A stretch of DNA of 64,000 nt from Candidatus Stoquefichus sp. SB1. GTDB taxonomy: Bacteria; Bacillota_I; Bacilli_A; Erysipelotrichales; Coprobacillaceae. Below the pieces are notes generated by a model. That model searched no databases. It had not been told where the DNA came from and worked only from the letters and a program-made list of their open reading frames with translations. Positions 38,425 to 48,000 of this stretch are shown piece after piece (the first letter of the stretch is position 1; each line of letters opens with the position of its first letter). The DNA lies in assembly GCF_001244545.1 (NCBI RefSeq), contig NZ_LN852693.1, forward strand, positions 11,631-75,630, given 5' to 3'. The position numbers and the translations under genes were made by a program.

Positions 38425-39165
38425 ATGTTTTTTACAAACGATACAAATACAAAAAAACTGGTTGTCCTTAATATTGCTTTGATATTATTTTCTTTATTTG
38501 CTAGTCGAACAAATATGATGATATTGTGGCTTGTTTTGATTGGGATATTATCTTTATATTTTCTTTTGAAATTAAAAAATCAAATAAGAAAGAGTGATAT
38601 TATTATAAGTCTTATCTTAGGAATCGTAACAATGATATCTCATCCACTACTTGCTATCTTTGTTTGTTTAGCCTATCTATCTGCTCAAGTGATGATGTCA
38701 AATTATCCTTCAAAAATGGTATTATATCATTCAAAAAAGAAATATGAATTATACAAAACGTTGTTTTTTATATTCATTATTGGAGGATTACTTGCTTGTA
38801 TCAATTTATTATTAGCCATGAATAGTTATTCTTTGCATATTTCTTTTCAACTAAATTTTTTATTCGATGCATTAAGAGCAGGAATTTTTGAAGAAGTATT
38901 TTTTAGAATGTTTTTATATGCTTTGTGTTTACAAATCACTCACAATATTCATTTTAACCGTATCCAAACAATATTATCTTATTTAATCATGATTTTGCCA
39001 CATGTATTGATGCATAATTATCCAATGGATATAATGAGTATTATTATTCTTTCCTTGATTTTTGGACTTCCTTTTGCTTTTATGTCAAGAAAAATCAATC
39101 TATTATCGGCGATAGGAGCACATTCTTTTGTTGATTTGATTCGTTTCATTGGACTTGGAATATAA
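38425..39165 (+). CDS. CPBP family intramembrane metalloprotease (CAAX protease / Abi-like)
   Basis: Polytopic. It carries the EExxxR motif (EEVFFRMFLY) and the downstream His motifs of the CPBP family. Confidence 0.7.
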   Translation: MFFTNDTNTKKLVVLNIALILFSLFASRTNMMILWLVLIGILSLYFLLKLKNQIRKSDIIISLILGIVTMISHPLLAIFVCLAYLSAQVMMSNYPSKMVLYHSKKKYELYKTLFFIFIIGGLLACINLLLAMNSYSLHISFQLNFLFDALRAGIFEEVFFRMFLYALCLQITHNIHFNRIQTILSYLIMILPHVLMHNYPMDIMSIIILSLIFGLPFAFMSRKINLLSAIGAHSFVDLIRFIGLGI

Positions 39166-39213
39166 CTTTGTTTTTGACTTCAAATATTATATGATAGAGA
39201 TAAGGAGGTTTTT

Positions 39214-39879
39214 ATGAATATATTATTAAGTTCTTATGATTTTCATGAAGAGTGGGCCCAGGAAATCATGCGCCCATTGTTACAGCAGGATATGAAAGTC
39301 GTTGTTATCCCTTTTTCATTTGATGACAAGGAAGTCAAAACTTTAGATGATTATGATCAGCATTATGGAATCAATGGAAAACATGTCCCCTATATATTAA
39401 GACCATTTCATTATTATGGTCTTTATGATATTGAATTTGTTGACTATTTTAGGGATAGTCAGCAAATTGCACAAAAGAAGGTTATGTCTGCCGATATTCT
39501 CTTTTTAACAGGCGGATTGCCAGATCAATATTTAAAGCGTTTAAATGAATTTGGATTAAGTGAAATGATACGTTGCAATCATCAATTGATAATAGGAGCC
39601 AGTGCTGGTGCGATGGTACAGTTTGATCAATATCATATCACTCCTGATGATGATTATCCTTGCTATCATTATCAAAAAGGTTTAGGTTTGGTCAGTGGTT
39701 TTGAAATAGAGGTTCATTATTGTCATAGTGCTATTCAAGATGCAAGTATTCAAAGAGTGATTGAAGAAAGAGGTTTACCAATTTATACGATTGGTAATGA
39801 TGGTGGTCTTTTCTATCATCAGCAAAAAATCATTCCTTTTGGGAATGCTCATTTGATTAATAATCCACAAGACAAATAG
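39214..39879 (+). CDS. peptidase S51 family protein (dipeptidase E / cyanophycinase-like)
   Basis: GASAGA (nucleophile elbow) in a class-I glutamine-amidotransferase-like fold. Confidence 0.55.
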   Translation: MNILLSSYDFHEEWAQEIMRPLLQQDMKVVVIPFSFDDKEVKTLDDYDQHYGINGKHVPYILRPFHYYGLYDIEFVDYFRDSQQIAQKKVMSADILFLTGGLPDQYLKRLNEFGLSEMIRCNHQLIIGASAGAMVQFDQYHITPDDDYPCYHYQKGLGLVSGFEIEVHYCHSAIQDASIQRVIEERGLPIYTIGNDGGLFYHQQKIIPFGNAHLINNPQDK

Positions 39880-39929
39880 ATAATCTTTTGATATAATAGT
39901 CACAATATGTCAAAAGGAGAAAGAGTTAT

Positions 39930-41216
39930 ATGGATGAAAAAAAGGCTTTAATTGTTGATGTTAATGAAAAACCAAAGAGCATTCAGTGGTTGTTTTTAAG
40001 TTTTCAGCATGTTTTTGCAATGTTTGGAGCAACGATTCTTGTTCCTATGCTGACAGGTTTTCCTGTTTCAGTGGCCTTATTTGCTTCTGGAGTTGGAACA
40101 TTGATTTATACATTATGTACAAAACGTAAAGTTCCTGTTTATTTGGGATCATCATTTGCTTATATTACAGCAGTTATTTTGGCGGTCAAAGCAATGAATG
40201 GCAATATTTCTGCTGCTCAAACTGGATTGATTTTGGTTGGTTTGATTTATGTTGTTGTGGCGATTGTTATTAAATTTGTGGGGAAAGATTGGATTGATAA
40301 ATTGCTACCACCTATTGTCATTGGACCAATGATTGCAGTTATTGGTTTAGGATTGGCCGGGAATGCAATTACAAATGCAGGATTTGTTACGAATGGTAAA
40401 ATCAGTTATATGATTATTGCAATTGTGACGTTTTTGGTGGCTGCTTTGATTTCTAGTCAAGCCAAAGGATTTTTAAAAATTGTTCCTTTCTTAGTTGCTA
40501 TTATTGTAGGCTATATTTTATCATTGTGTTTTGGTATTGTTGATTTAAGTGGTATAGCCAAAGCAGCATGGTTTTCTATTCCACAGTTTGCTTTTCCATT
40601 TTCTGTTCCAGATTTCATGGGAACGCATTTTAGAGAATATCAGTTTTATTTTGGACCTGAAACACTTGCTATTTTGCCAGTTGCCATTGTGACAATTTCT
40701 GAACATATTGGTGATCATACAGTTTTAGGGAAAATTTGTGGGAAAAACTTTTTAAAAGATCCAGGGTTGGATAGAACTTTAATTGGTGATGGTGTCGCAA
40801 CTGCTGTATCTGCATTCTTAGGTGGTCCAGCGAATACAACTTATGGAGAAAATACAGGGGTCATTGGTTTAACAAAAATCGGTTCTGTATATGTCACATG
40901 TGGTGCCGCTGTCATTGCTATTGTGCTTTCTTTTTGTGGCAAAATTGCAGCCGTAATCAGTTCTATACCGACTTGTGTATTGGGTGGTATGAGTATTCTT
41001 TTATATGGTGTTATTGCCAGTAATGGACTGCGTATTTTAATTGATGCCCAAGTTGATTTTAATAAACAAAGAAATCTTATTATTGCTTCTGCAATGTTGG
41101 TCATTGGACTTGGTGGTGCTGTTTTTCCATTAGGTGGAAGTGCGACTTTATCTGGAACAGCCTTAGCAGCAATTGTAGGTGTTATCTTAAATCTCATCTT
41201 ACCAGATAAATCATGA
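39930..41216 (+). CDS. uracil/xanthine permease, NCS2 family
   Basis: QHVFAMFGATILVPMLTG is the NCS2 signature. 428 aa. Confidence 0.8.
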   Translation: MDEKKALIVDVNEKPKSIQWLFLSFQHVFAMFGATILVPMLTGFPVSVALFASGVGTLIYTLCTKRKVPVYLGSSFAYITAVILAVKAMNGNISAAQTGLILVGLIYVVVAIVIKFVGKDWIDKLLPPIVIGPMIAVIGLGLAGNAITNAGFVTNGKISYMIIAIVTFLVAALISSQAKGFLKIVPFLVAIIVGYILSLCFGIVDLSGIAKAAWFSIPQFAFPFSVPDFMGTHFREYQFYFGPETLAILPVAIVTISEHIGDHTVLGKICGKNFLKDPGLDRTLIGDGVATAVSAFLGGPANTTYGENTGVIGLTKIGSVYVTCGAAVIAIVLSFCGKIAAVISSIPTCVLGGMSILLYGVIASNGLRILIDAQVDFNKQRNLIIASAMLVIGLGGAVFPLGGSATLSGTALAAIVGVILNLILPDKS

Positions 41217-41314
41217 TTGAAGATGTTTTACTTTCCACTCACATATGAGTGGATTTTTGTATGTGATAGCGATTTTATCACTCATTTATGTTACAATATA
41301 TTCAAGGATGTGAA

Positions 41315-42157
41315 ATGATGAAGTATATACCAATCCAATGTAAAAGTGCCATACGTAAAGTTCGTGGTGGTATGCCTTATGAACATGATGTTAATATTTA
41401 TCGTGGGTGTGAACATGGCTGTTTATATTGCTATGCATTATATTCACATGATTATTTAGAGGATGCTCATTTTTATGATCATATTTATTATAAGGAAAAT
41501 ATTGTTGAAGTTTTAGAAAAAGAAATTAGTAAGCCAAGCTGGAAAAAACAAATTATTAATTTTGGAAGCGTTAGTGATAGCTATCAGCCATGTGAAAAAG
41601 AACTTCAACTCATGCGAGATGTTTTAAAATTAATGATTAAATATCAAAATCCTGTTAATATATCTACAAAATCAACTTTAATCTTAAGAGATATTGATTT
41701 ATTAAATGAACTTTCTCAAGTTGCATTTGTTAATATCACTTGTACTGTGACTTGTGCTGATGAAACAATCCAAAAAATTATTGAACCTCGTGGGGCAACC
41801 AGTTTGGAAAGAATGAAAGTTTTACAAATTATTAAACAAAAGACGAAAGCAACTGTAGGTATTTTAATGATGCCTATTATTCCATATATCACTGATTCTT
41901 ATGAAAATATGGAAGCTATTTATAAATTAGCAAAACAAATTGATTTGGATTATGTTGTTCCTGGAACAATGTATTTACGAGGCAAAACAAAACCTTATTT
42001 TTTAAATTCTATTCGTCAATATGACGAAGAACTTTATTGGAAATTAAAGCATTTATATCCCAAAGGAAGTTGTTTACCAGAGTATAAAAAAGAAATATTT
42101 AAAAGACTAAATTCTATTAGAAAAGAATATGACTTGGATAGTCAATATACAAAATAA
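41315..42157 (+). CDS. SPL-family radical SAM protein, copy 2
   Basis: CEHGCLYC (CxxxCxxC). Roughly 30 % identical to copy 1 by eye. Start chosen at 41315 (RBS AGGATG); the ORF is open from 41288. Confidence 0.6.
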   Translation: MMKYIPIQCKSAIRKVRGGMPYEHDVNIYRGCEHGCLYCYALYSHDYLEDAHFYDHIYYKENIVEVLEKEISKPSWKKQIINFGSVSDSYQPCEKELQLMRDVLKLMIKYQNPVNISTKSTLILRDIDLLNELSQVAFVNITCTVTCADETIQKIIEPRGATSLERMKVLQIIKQKTKATVGILMMPIIPYITDSYENMEAIYKLAKQIDLDYVVPGTMYLRGKTKPYFLNSIRQYDEELYWKLKHLYPKGSCLPEYKKEIFKRLNSIRKEYDLDSQYTK

Positions 42158-42273
42158 TTTTTATCTTGATGGATAATGACATCATGTTATTTGGCAATTT
42201 TATGATTTTACAATATATAGCAGAGAATTGTTTTCTTTGCTTTTTTATTTTGAAAATAAAAAACTCTAAAATT

Positions 42274-42300
42274 CTAGCACTCATTTCTTGACAGTGCTAA
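42274..42300 (+). promoter_or_regulatory. CIRCE element 1 (HrcA operator) overlapping the -35 of htpG
   Basis: CTAGCACTC-N9-CAGTGCTAA against the consensus TTAGCACTC-N9-GAGTGCTAA, with 2 mismatches. Confidence 0.65.
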
Positions 42301-42316
42301 GATAAAGGTGTAATAT
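42288..42316 (+). promoter_or_regulatory. htpG promoter
   Basis: TTGACA, 17 nt, TAATAT. Confidence 0.55.
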
Positions 42317-42320
42317 ACTA

Positions 42321-42347
42321 TTAGCACATATGGTGATTGAGTGCTAA
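42321..42347 (+). promoter_or_regulatory. CIRCE element 2 (HrcA operator) just downstream of the -10
   Basis: TTAGCACAT-N9-GAGTGCTAA, with 2 mismatches in the left arm and a perfect right arm. Confidence 0.65.
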
Positions 42348-42361
42348 AAGGAGACGAGAGT

Positions 42362-44257
42362 ATGGCAAGAAAAAAACATTTTAAAGCTGAATCACAAAGA
42401 TTATTGGATTTAATGATTAATTCTATTTATACGCATAAAGAAATCTTTTTAAGAGAGTTGATTTCTAATGCAAGTGATGCTTCTGATAAATTATATTATA
42501 AAGCATTAACAGAAAATATTAATGGTATTTCAAGAGATGATTTATCTATTCAAATTGTTATTAACAAAGATCATCGTATGTTATCAATTATTGATCAGGG
42601 AATTGGAATGGATGAAAAAGAATTAGAAGAACATTTAGGAACAATTGCTAATTCTGGATCTTTTGAATTTAAGAATGCTTTAGAAGATGGACAAAAAGAT
42701 ATTGATATTATTGGACAATTTGGTGTTGGATTTTATTCAGCATTTATGGTTGCTCATAAGGTAGAAGTGATTTCTAAAAAATATGGTGAAGATGTTGCTC
42801 ATATTTGGGAATCTGATACAAGTGATGGTTATACAATTAATGAGTGCGAATATCCAAATCATGGAACAAGAATTAATTTATTCTTAAAGGAGAATACTGA
42901 TGATGAAAATTATGATCAGTATTTAGATGAATATGAAATTCAAAGATTAATTAAGAAATATTCTGATTATGTACATTATCCAATTAATATGGATATGACA
43001 ACTTCTAAACAAAAAGAAGATAGCGATGAATATGAACAAGTGATTGAAAATAAAACATTAAATTCAATGGTACCATTATGGAAGAGACCAAAAAAAGAGA
43101 TTACAGAAGAAGATTATAATGAATTCTATAAAGATAAATTTAATGATTTTAATGATCCAATGAGAGTTATGCATAACAGTGTAGAAGGAACAATCTCTTA
43201 TGATTCATTATTGTTTATTCCTTCAAAACCACCAATGAATTATTATTCTCAAGATTATGAAAAAGGTTTACAATTATATTCACGTGGTGTCTTTATTATG
43301 GATAAAGCAAGTGAATTGGTACCAGAACATTTTAGATTTGTCAAAGGATTAGTTGATTCACAAGATTTATCATTAAATATTTCACGTGAGATGTTACAGC
43401 ATGATCGTCAATTAAAATTAATTGCTGATAAAATTGAAAAACGTATCCAAAGTGAACTTGAAAAAATGTTAAAGAATGAAAGAGAAACATATGAAGAGTT
43501 CTTTAAGAATTTTGGATTACAATTAAAATTTGGTATTTATAACAGTTATGGAATGTTAAAAGATAAATTACAGGATTTATTATTATTCTATAGTGCAAAT
43601 GAAAAGAAACTTATCACTTTAAGTGAATATGTTGAATCAATGAAAGAAGACCAAAAAGAAATCTATTTTGCAAGTGGTGAAACAATTGAAAAAATTGATC
43701 ATTTACCAACTGTAGAAATGGTTAAGGATAAAGGATTTGATATTTTATATTTAACTGATAATGTAGATGAATTCTGTTTACAGATGTTAAGAGATTATCA
43801 GGAAAAACCATTCAAGAATATTAATCAAGGTGATTTAGATATTGAAAGTGAAGAAGAAAAGAAAGAACTTGAAAAAGTAAATGCTGATAACAAAGATTTA
43901 TTAGAAACTTTAAAAGAAGCATTAAAAGAACAAGTTCAAGATGTTAAAGTTTCTTCAAGATTAAAAACACATCCTGTTTGTTTAGTAAGTAGTGAAGGTG
44001 TTTCATTTGAGATGGAAAAAGTTTTAAATCAAATGCCAGATGGTCAAGAAATTAAAGCAGGTAGAATTCTTGAAATTAATCCTAATCATCAGATCTTTAC
44101 AGCTTTACAATCTATTTTTGATAAAGATCAAGATAAAGTTAAAGATTATGCTTCATTATTATATGATCAAGCTTTATTGATTGAAGGTTTTACAATTGAA
44201 GATCCAGTTGAATTTTCAAATAAAGTTTGTCAATTAATGGTAGATGCAAATAAATAA
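42362..44257 (+). CDS. htpG: molecular chaperone HtpG (Hsp90)
   Basis: A GHKL ATPase N-domain (LISNASDA, DxGxG) followed by the Hsp90 middle and C-terminal regions. Start at ATG 42362 after RBS AAAAGGAGA. Confidence 0.85.
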   Translation: MARKKHFKAESQRLLDLMINSIYTHKEIFLRELISNASDASDKLYYKALTENINGISRDDLSIQIVINKDHRMLSIIDQGIGMDEKELEEHLGTIANSGSFEFKNALEDGQKDIDIIGQFGVGFYSAFMVAHKVEVISKKYGEDVAHIWESDTSDGYTINECEYPNHGTRINLFLKENTDDENYDQYLDEYEIQRLIKKYSDYVHYPINMDMTTSKQKEDSDEYEQVIENKTLNSMVPLWKRPKKEITEEDYNEFYKDKFNDFNDPMRVMHNSVEGTISYDSLLFIPSKPPMNYYSQDYEKGLQLYSRGVFIMDKASELVPEHFRFVKGLVDSQDLSLNISREMLQHDRQLKLIADKIEKRIQSELEKMLKNERETYEEFFKNFGLQLKFGIYNSYGMLKDKLQDLLLFYSANEKKLITLSEYVESMKEDQKEIYFASGETIEKIDHLPTVEMVKDKGFDILYLTDNVDEFCLQMLRDYQEKPFKNINQGDLDIESEEEKKELEKVNADNKDLLETLKEALKEQVQDVKVSSRLKTHPVCLVSSEGVSFEMEKVLNQMPDGQEIKAGRILEINPNHQIFTALQSIFDKDQDKVKDYASLLYDQALLIEGFTIEDPVEFSNKVCQLMVDANK

Positions 44258-44328
44258 AGAATTTGAGACTTTCATTTAGGAAGAAGACCAAATAGTCTTT
44301 AATTCTCTAGAAATTCAGATTTGAAATG

Positions 44329-44375
44329 AAGGTAGAAAAAGTGATGAAAAGTCATTTGTTTCTACCTTTTTTATC
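44329..44375 (+). terminator. intrinsic terminator after htpG
   Basis: GGTAGAAA...TTTCTACC hairpin followed by TTTTTTAT. Confidence 0.55.
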
Positions 44376-44487
44376 TAATTTTGAGAATTTCTCAAACCAT
44401 CTGCATCTTGAATTTATAAAAGTTGTTTGAAATTTTTTTGATTCCTATAGTACATTAGATACGATTCATTGATAAAATATTAACTAT

Positions 44488-44541
44488 GATTCCTTTCTTG
44501 ATAGATTGAAGTGATCACTTCAATCATACTATGAAAGGAAT
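44488..44541. repeat. nested inverted repeat with an 18-bp perfect palindrome core TTGAAGTGATCACTTCAA
   Basis: The core at 44506-44523 is its own reverse complement. It is flanked by the outer arms GATTCCTTTC ... GAAAGGAAT. Confidence 0.7.
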
Positions 44542-44657
44542 TTTATCATGTAGAAAAGAATCATTATGAAGATAACTTCTAATGAGGATGAAAGGTTTTG
44601 TTAAGATATATTGTTATGTTTTTAATTGAATTATCACAAAAAAATCACAACATTTAA

Positions 44658-44686
44658 TTGTATCAATTCCCAATATTTGGTATAAT
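44658..44686 (+). promoter_or_regulatory. strong sigma-A promoter with extended -10
   Basis: TTGTAT, 17 nt, TGGTATAAT. Confidence 0.5.
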
Positions 44687-44692
44687 GACTAT

Positions 44693-44786
44693 ATCATTGG
44701 TAGGTTATCTGTTTTAAAATAAAAAAATTTGCTAACCTATACCATTTAGTACTAGCTGATTATTCCACAATAACCAGTTTTTTTAT
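44693..44786 (+). ncRNA. candidate small RNA or attenuated leader transcript of about 94 nt
   Basis: The predicted TSS lies 7 nt after the -10. A 5' hairpin (GGTAGGTTA...TAACCTAT) is followed by a terminator-like hairpin CTGATTA-TTCCACAA-TAACCAG plus TTTTTTTAT. It contains no ORF. Confidence 0.3.
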
Positions 44787-45047
44787 GTTAATTTTCTCTA
44801 TTAATTAACTTTGAACAAAGTCCGTTTAGGTATGCTATTACGTACATAAATATGTGAAAATAGATATTTATTGTTAAGGATAGTGAACGATAAACTATTA
44901 ATATAGTGATGTTATGAATGAAGGAAATGTCAATATTGATAGTCTTTTTTGCTTAAAGAGGCAAAGTAAATATAGGAGATATGAGTGCTGTTGTGTAATA
45001 GCTTAGTACAATAATATTAACTTAATCTATTGAAAGAAGGGATGATT

Positions 45048-48000
45048 ATGAACATACAAAACAATGCTGGAATTGTGGAAGCGTCATTAGGAGGTGTGTT
45101 TGAATGCTTATATGATGATCATTTAACATTGCTCTATGCAGATGAATCACTCTTTCAACTCCTTGACTATTCACAAGAAGAGTTTTTAGACTTATATCAA
45201 AATCATCTTATGGATGTCATATGTATGGTAGAACGTGATGATATTCTCAATGAAATCAATAAACAGTTAAAAAAAGGACATACTTTTATGTATGAGAATC
45301 GATTAGTGTGTAAAAATGGTGAATATAAATGGATATGGATTAGTGCACAATTGTTAAAGGATTCACAGAATAGAAAATATTTTCATTGTATTTTTCATGA
45401 TATAACTGAAGATAAAATAATCCAAGAGAATCTTGCTATTAGTGAAAAGAGATTTCAAATTATCATGGAACAAACACAAGATGTTATTTTTGAAATGGAC
45501 GTAAGGAATAATCAGGTTTACTATTCAGAGAATTATGAAAAAACTTTTGGGTATAAAGTACCTTTAGATAATTTTCCAGCTTCAATGTTTGCAACTGATA
45601 TTATTTATGAAGATGATAAAACGGTCCTATTAAATGCTTTTCAATCTTTGCGAAATGGTGAAAATTCAATGCAATGTGAATATCGTCTTAAATATCGAAA
45701 TAAGGGATACCATTGGGTCGAAGCAAAAGCAACGGCTATTCGTGATAGTGAGGGAACTTTACTCAATATGATTGGTATTATTACTGATATTCATGAAAGA
45801 AAACAGGAAATTATTGAATCCTTAAAAGAGGCTAGTTATGACCCATTAACAGGACTCTATAATCGCCGTGGTTTTTTAAAAAAAATTGATGAGCTTTTGC
45901 TTAGAAATCAAACATGTGTTCTGATTCTTCTTGATCTTGATGATTTTAAAAATATTAATGATAATTTAGGACATTTAGAAGGAGATAGGGTACTATATGA
46001 ACTTTCTCAAAATTTAAAGACTGCTTTTGAAGATCAAACTATTGGTAGATATGGTGGAGATGAATTTATCATATTTGTAACACAAAATGTTTCTTTGGAT
46101 GAATTAAATGAAAGAATTAAAAAATTTCAAGATTTAATTCATCAGCGATTCTTAGATAAATATCATATTGATTTAGGATTTAGTATCGGGGCCAGTATAT
46201 ATCCTTTCCATGGAGATAATTTTCTTTCATTGTTTCATAAGGCTGATGTCGCTATGTATGAAGCTAAGAAAAATGGTAAAAACCAGTTTGTTGTTTATGA
46301 AAATGATCATCATTTTCATTTCCTGACTCATAGAGGTCATGAGAAATTAGAATATGATACAAAATATATCGATGATGTGTCTAATAAAAACTATGAATCT
46401 AAAGAAAATATTGATTTTTTTCAACAACTTAAACATAAAGAATTTGTTTATCAAACGGCTTTACAAAAATCACATATGAATGTTTGGGAGTATAATTTAA
46501 AGCAAAAACGTTTATATTTAACTGAAGGTATTTCAAAAAAGAATTCACTTAGTATAGTAGAATATCAAACCCCTGAATCAATGATAGAACAAGGAGTCAT
46601 TCATCCAATGAGTATTCCAATTGTACGTGATATGTATCAGGAAATTGAAAAGGGAATTCCTGAAATTCAAGCTGATATTTTGACCCGAGGTATAGATAAT
46701 GAGCATTGGTGGTGGCAACGTATTCATTACCATATGATATATGATGACTATGGTCATCCTTGTATTGCTATTGCAGTTGGAAAAGATGTGACTAAACAAA
46801 AAGAAACACAAATGGAATACCAAAAAGATTTGTTTTATCAGGTGATTCAAAACAAGGATTTAATAGCATATTTTGATTGTAATATTACGAAAAACCAAAT
46901 TGATCAATTTCATAGTATTGATGTGAAATATGAAAATTTATTGACATATGATGATATTCTTGAATTACAAAAACAATTTTCTGCAACACAAGAGGATATT
47001 TTAAGAGTTCAAAATATTTTTAGTAAAGAAGCTCTTATGGAGGCCTATTCACATGGTGAAAATATCCTGACTTGTGATTATCGCAGGAAAGATACTCAAG
47101 GTCATTTATCATGGGTGAGAGCAATCAGTAAGATTTTCCTAGATGGAAATGATTTGCATATTCTTGGTGTTTTACAGGACATAATGATGAATAAAGTATT
47201 AGAGGGAAAAATTCATAAAAATATTGAAAAAGATCCTTTGACAGGTATTTATTCAAGAGATACAGTTGCTGCAATGATTGAACAAATTTTATCTGAACAG
47301 TTGCAAGATCATAAACCTTTTGCATTTTTATTATTTCATGTTGATTTGAATCATTTTGTGTTAAATAATCAAAATAATATCAATGGAGTCTTAAAAGAAA
47401 TAGCCAGTTATTTACTTTTATGTTTTTCAAAAAATAAAGTGGTTGGGAAGTTGTATACAGGAGAGTTTGTTGTTTTTATCTATAATGATTTTGATAGAGA
47501 AAGTATTCTTCGTTATGTTAATGAAATTAAGCAATCTATGCGTATATATTCAATTGTTCCAGGAATTCAGGATAGGATTAGTATCATGTTTGGAGCAACT
47601 ATTGATTATACATCAAAAACATTTGATGAACTTTATAATAAAGTTAAAAAATCAATGCGTGATATATCTGAAAATACGCATATTGAAGGATTAGAAATAA
47701 TGATAAATGATGATGAACAAAAATGTTCACAAACAAAAAATGAATTAGATTTATCAACATTTACTAATTATTTATACTCCTTACCATTTCCCATCAATAT
47801 TCAAGAGGCTTTAGGAGAAATACGTAAGTTTTATGATGGTGATAGAGCATTTTTATATGATATATCTCAAGATTATTTTGTTGAAAATAAGAAAGAGACC
47901 CTTGTCTATTTGGAGTATAAAGAATGTTTACTCATTCATATTGATAAAATAAAACAGTGGGCTATAGAGTATAAAGTTGATAATCTTCTTAGTATAGAAC

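Noticed and set aside
42341-42361. The upstream in-frame start for htpG suggested by the ORF track (MLKGDES...)
   Set aside because: It would begin inside CIRCE element 2 with no RBS. ATG 42362 has a good RBS (AAAAGGAGA) and gives the conserved Hsp90 N-terminus.
45030-45047. TTG start at 45030 for the large signalling gene
   Set aside because: It lies inside the purine-rich RBS itself. ATG 45048 sits 7 nt after GAAAGAAGGG.
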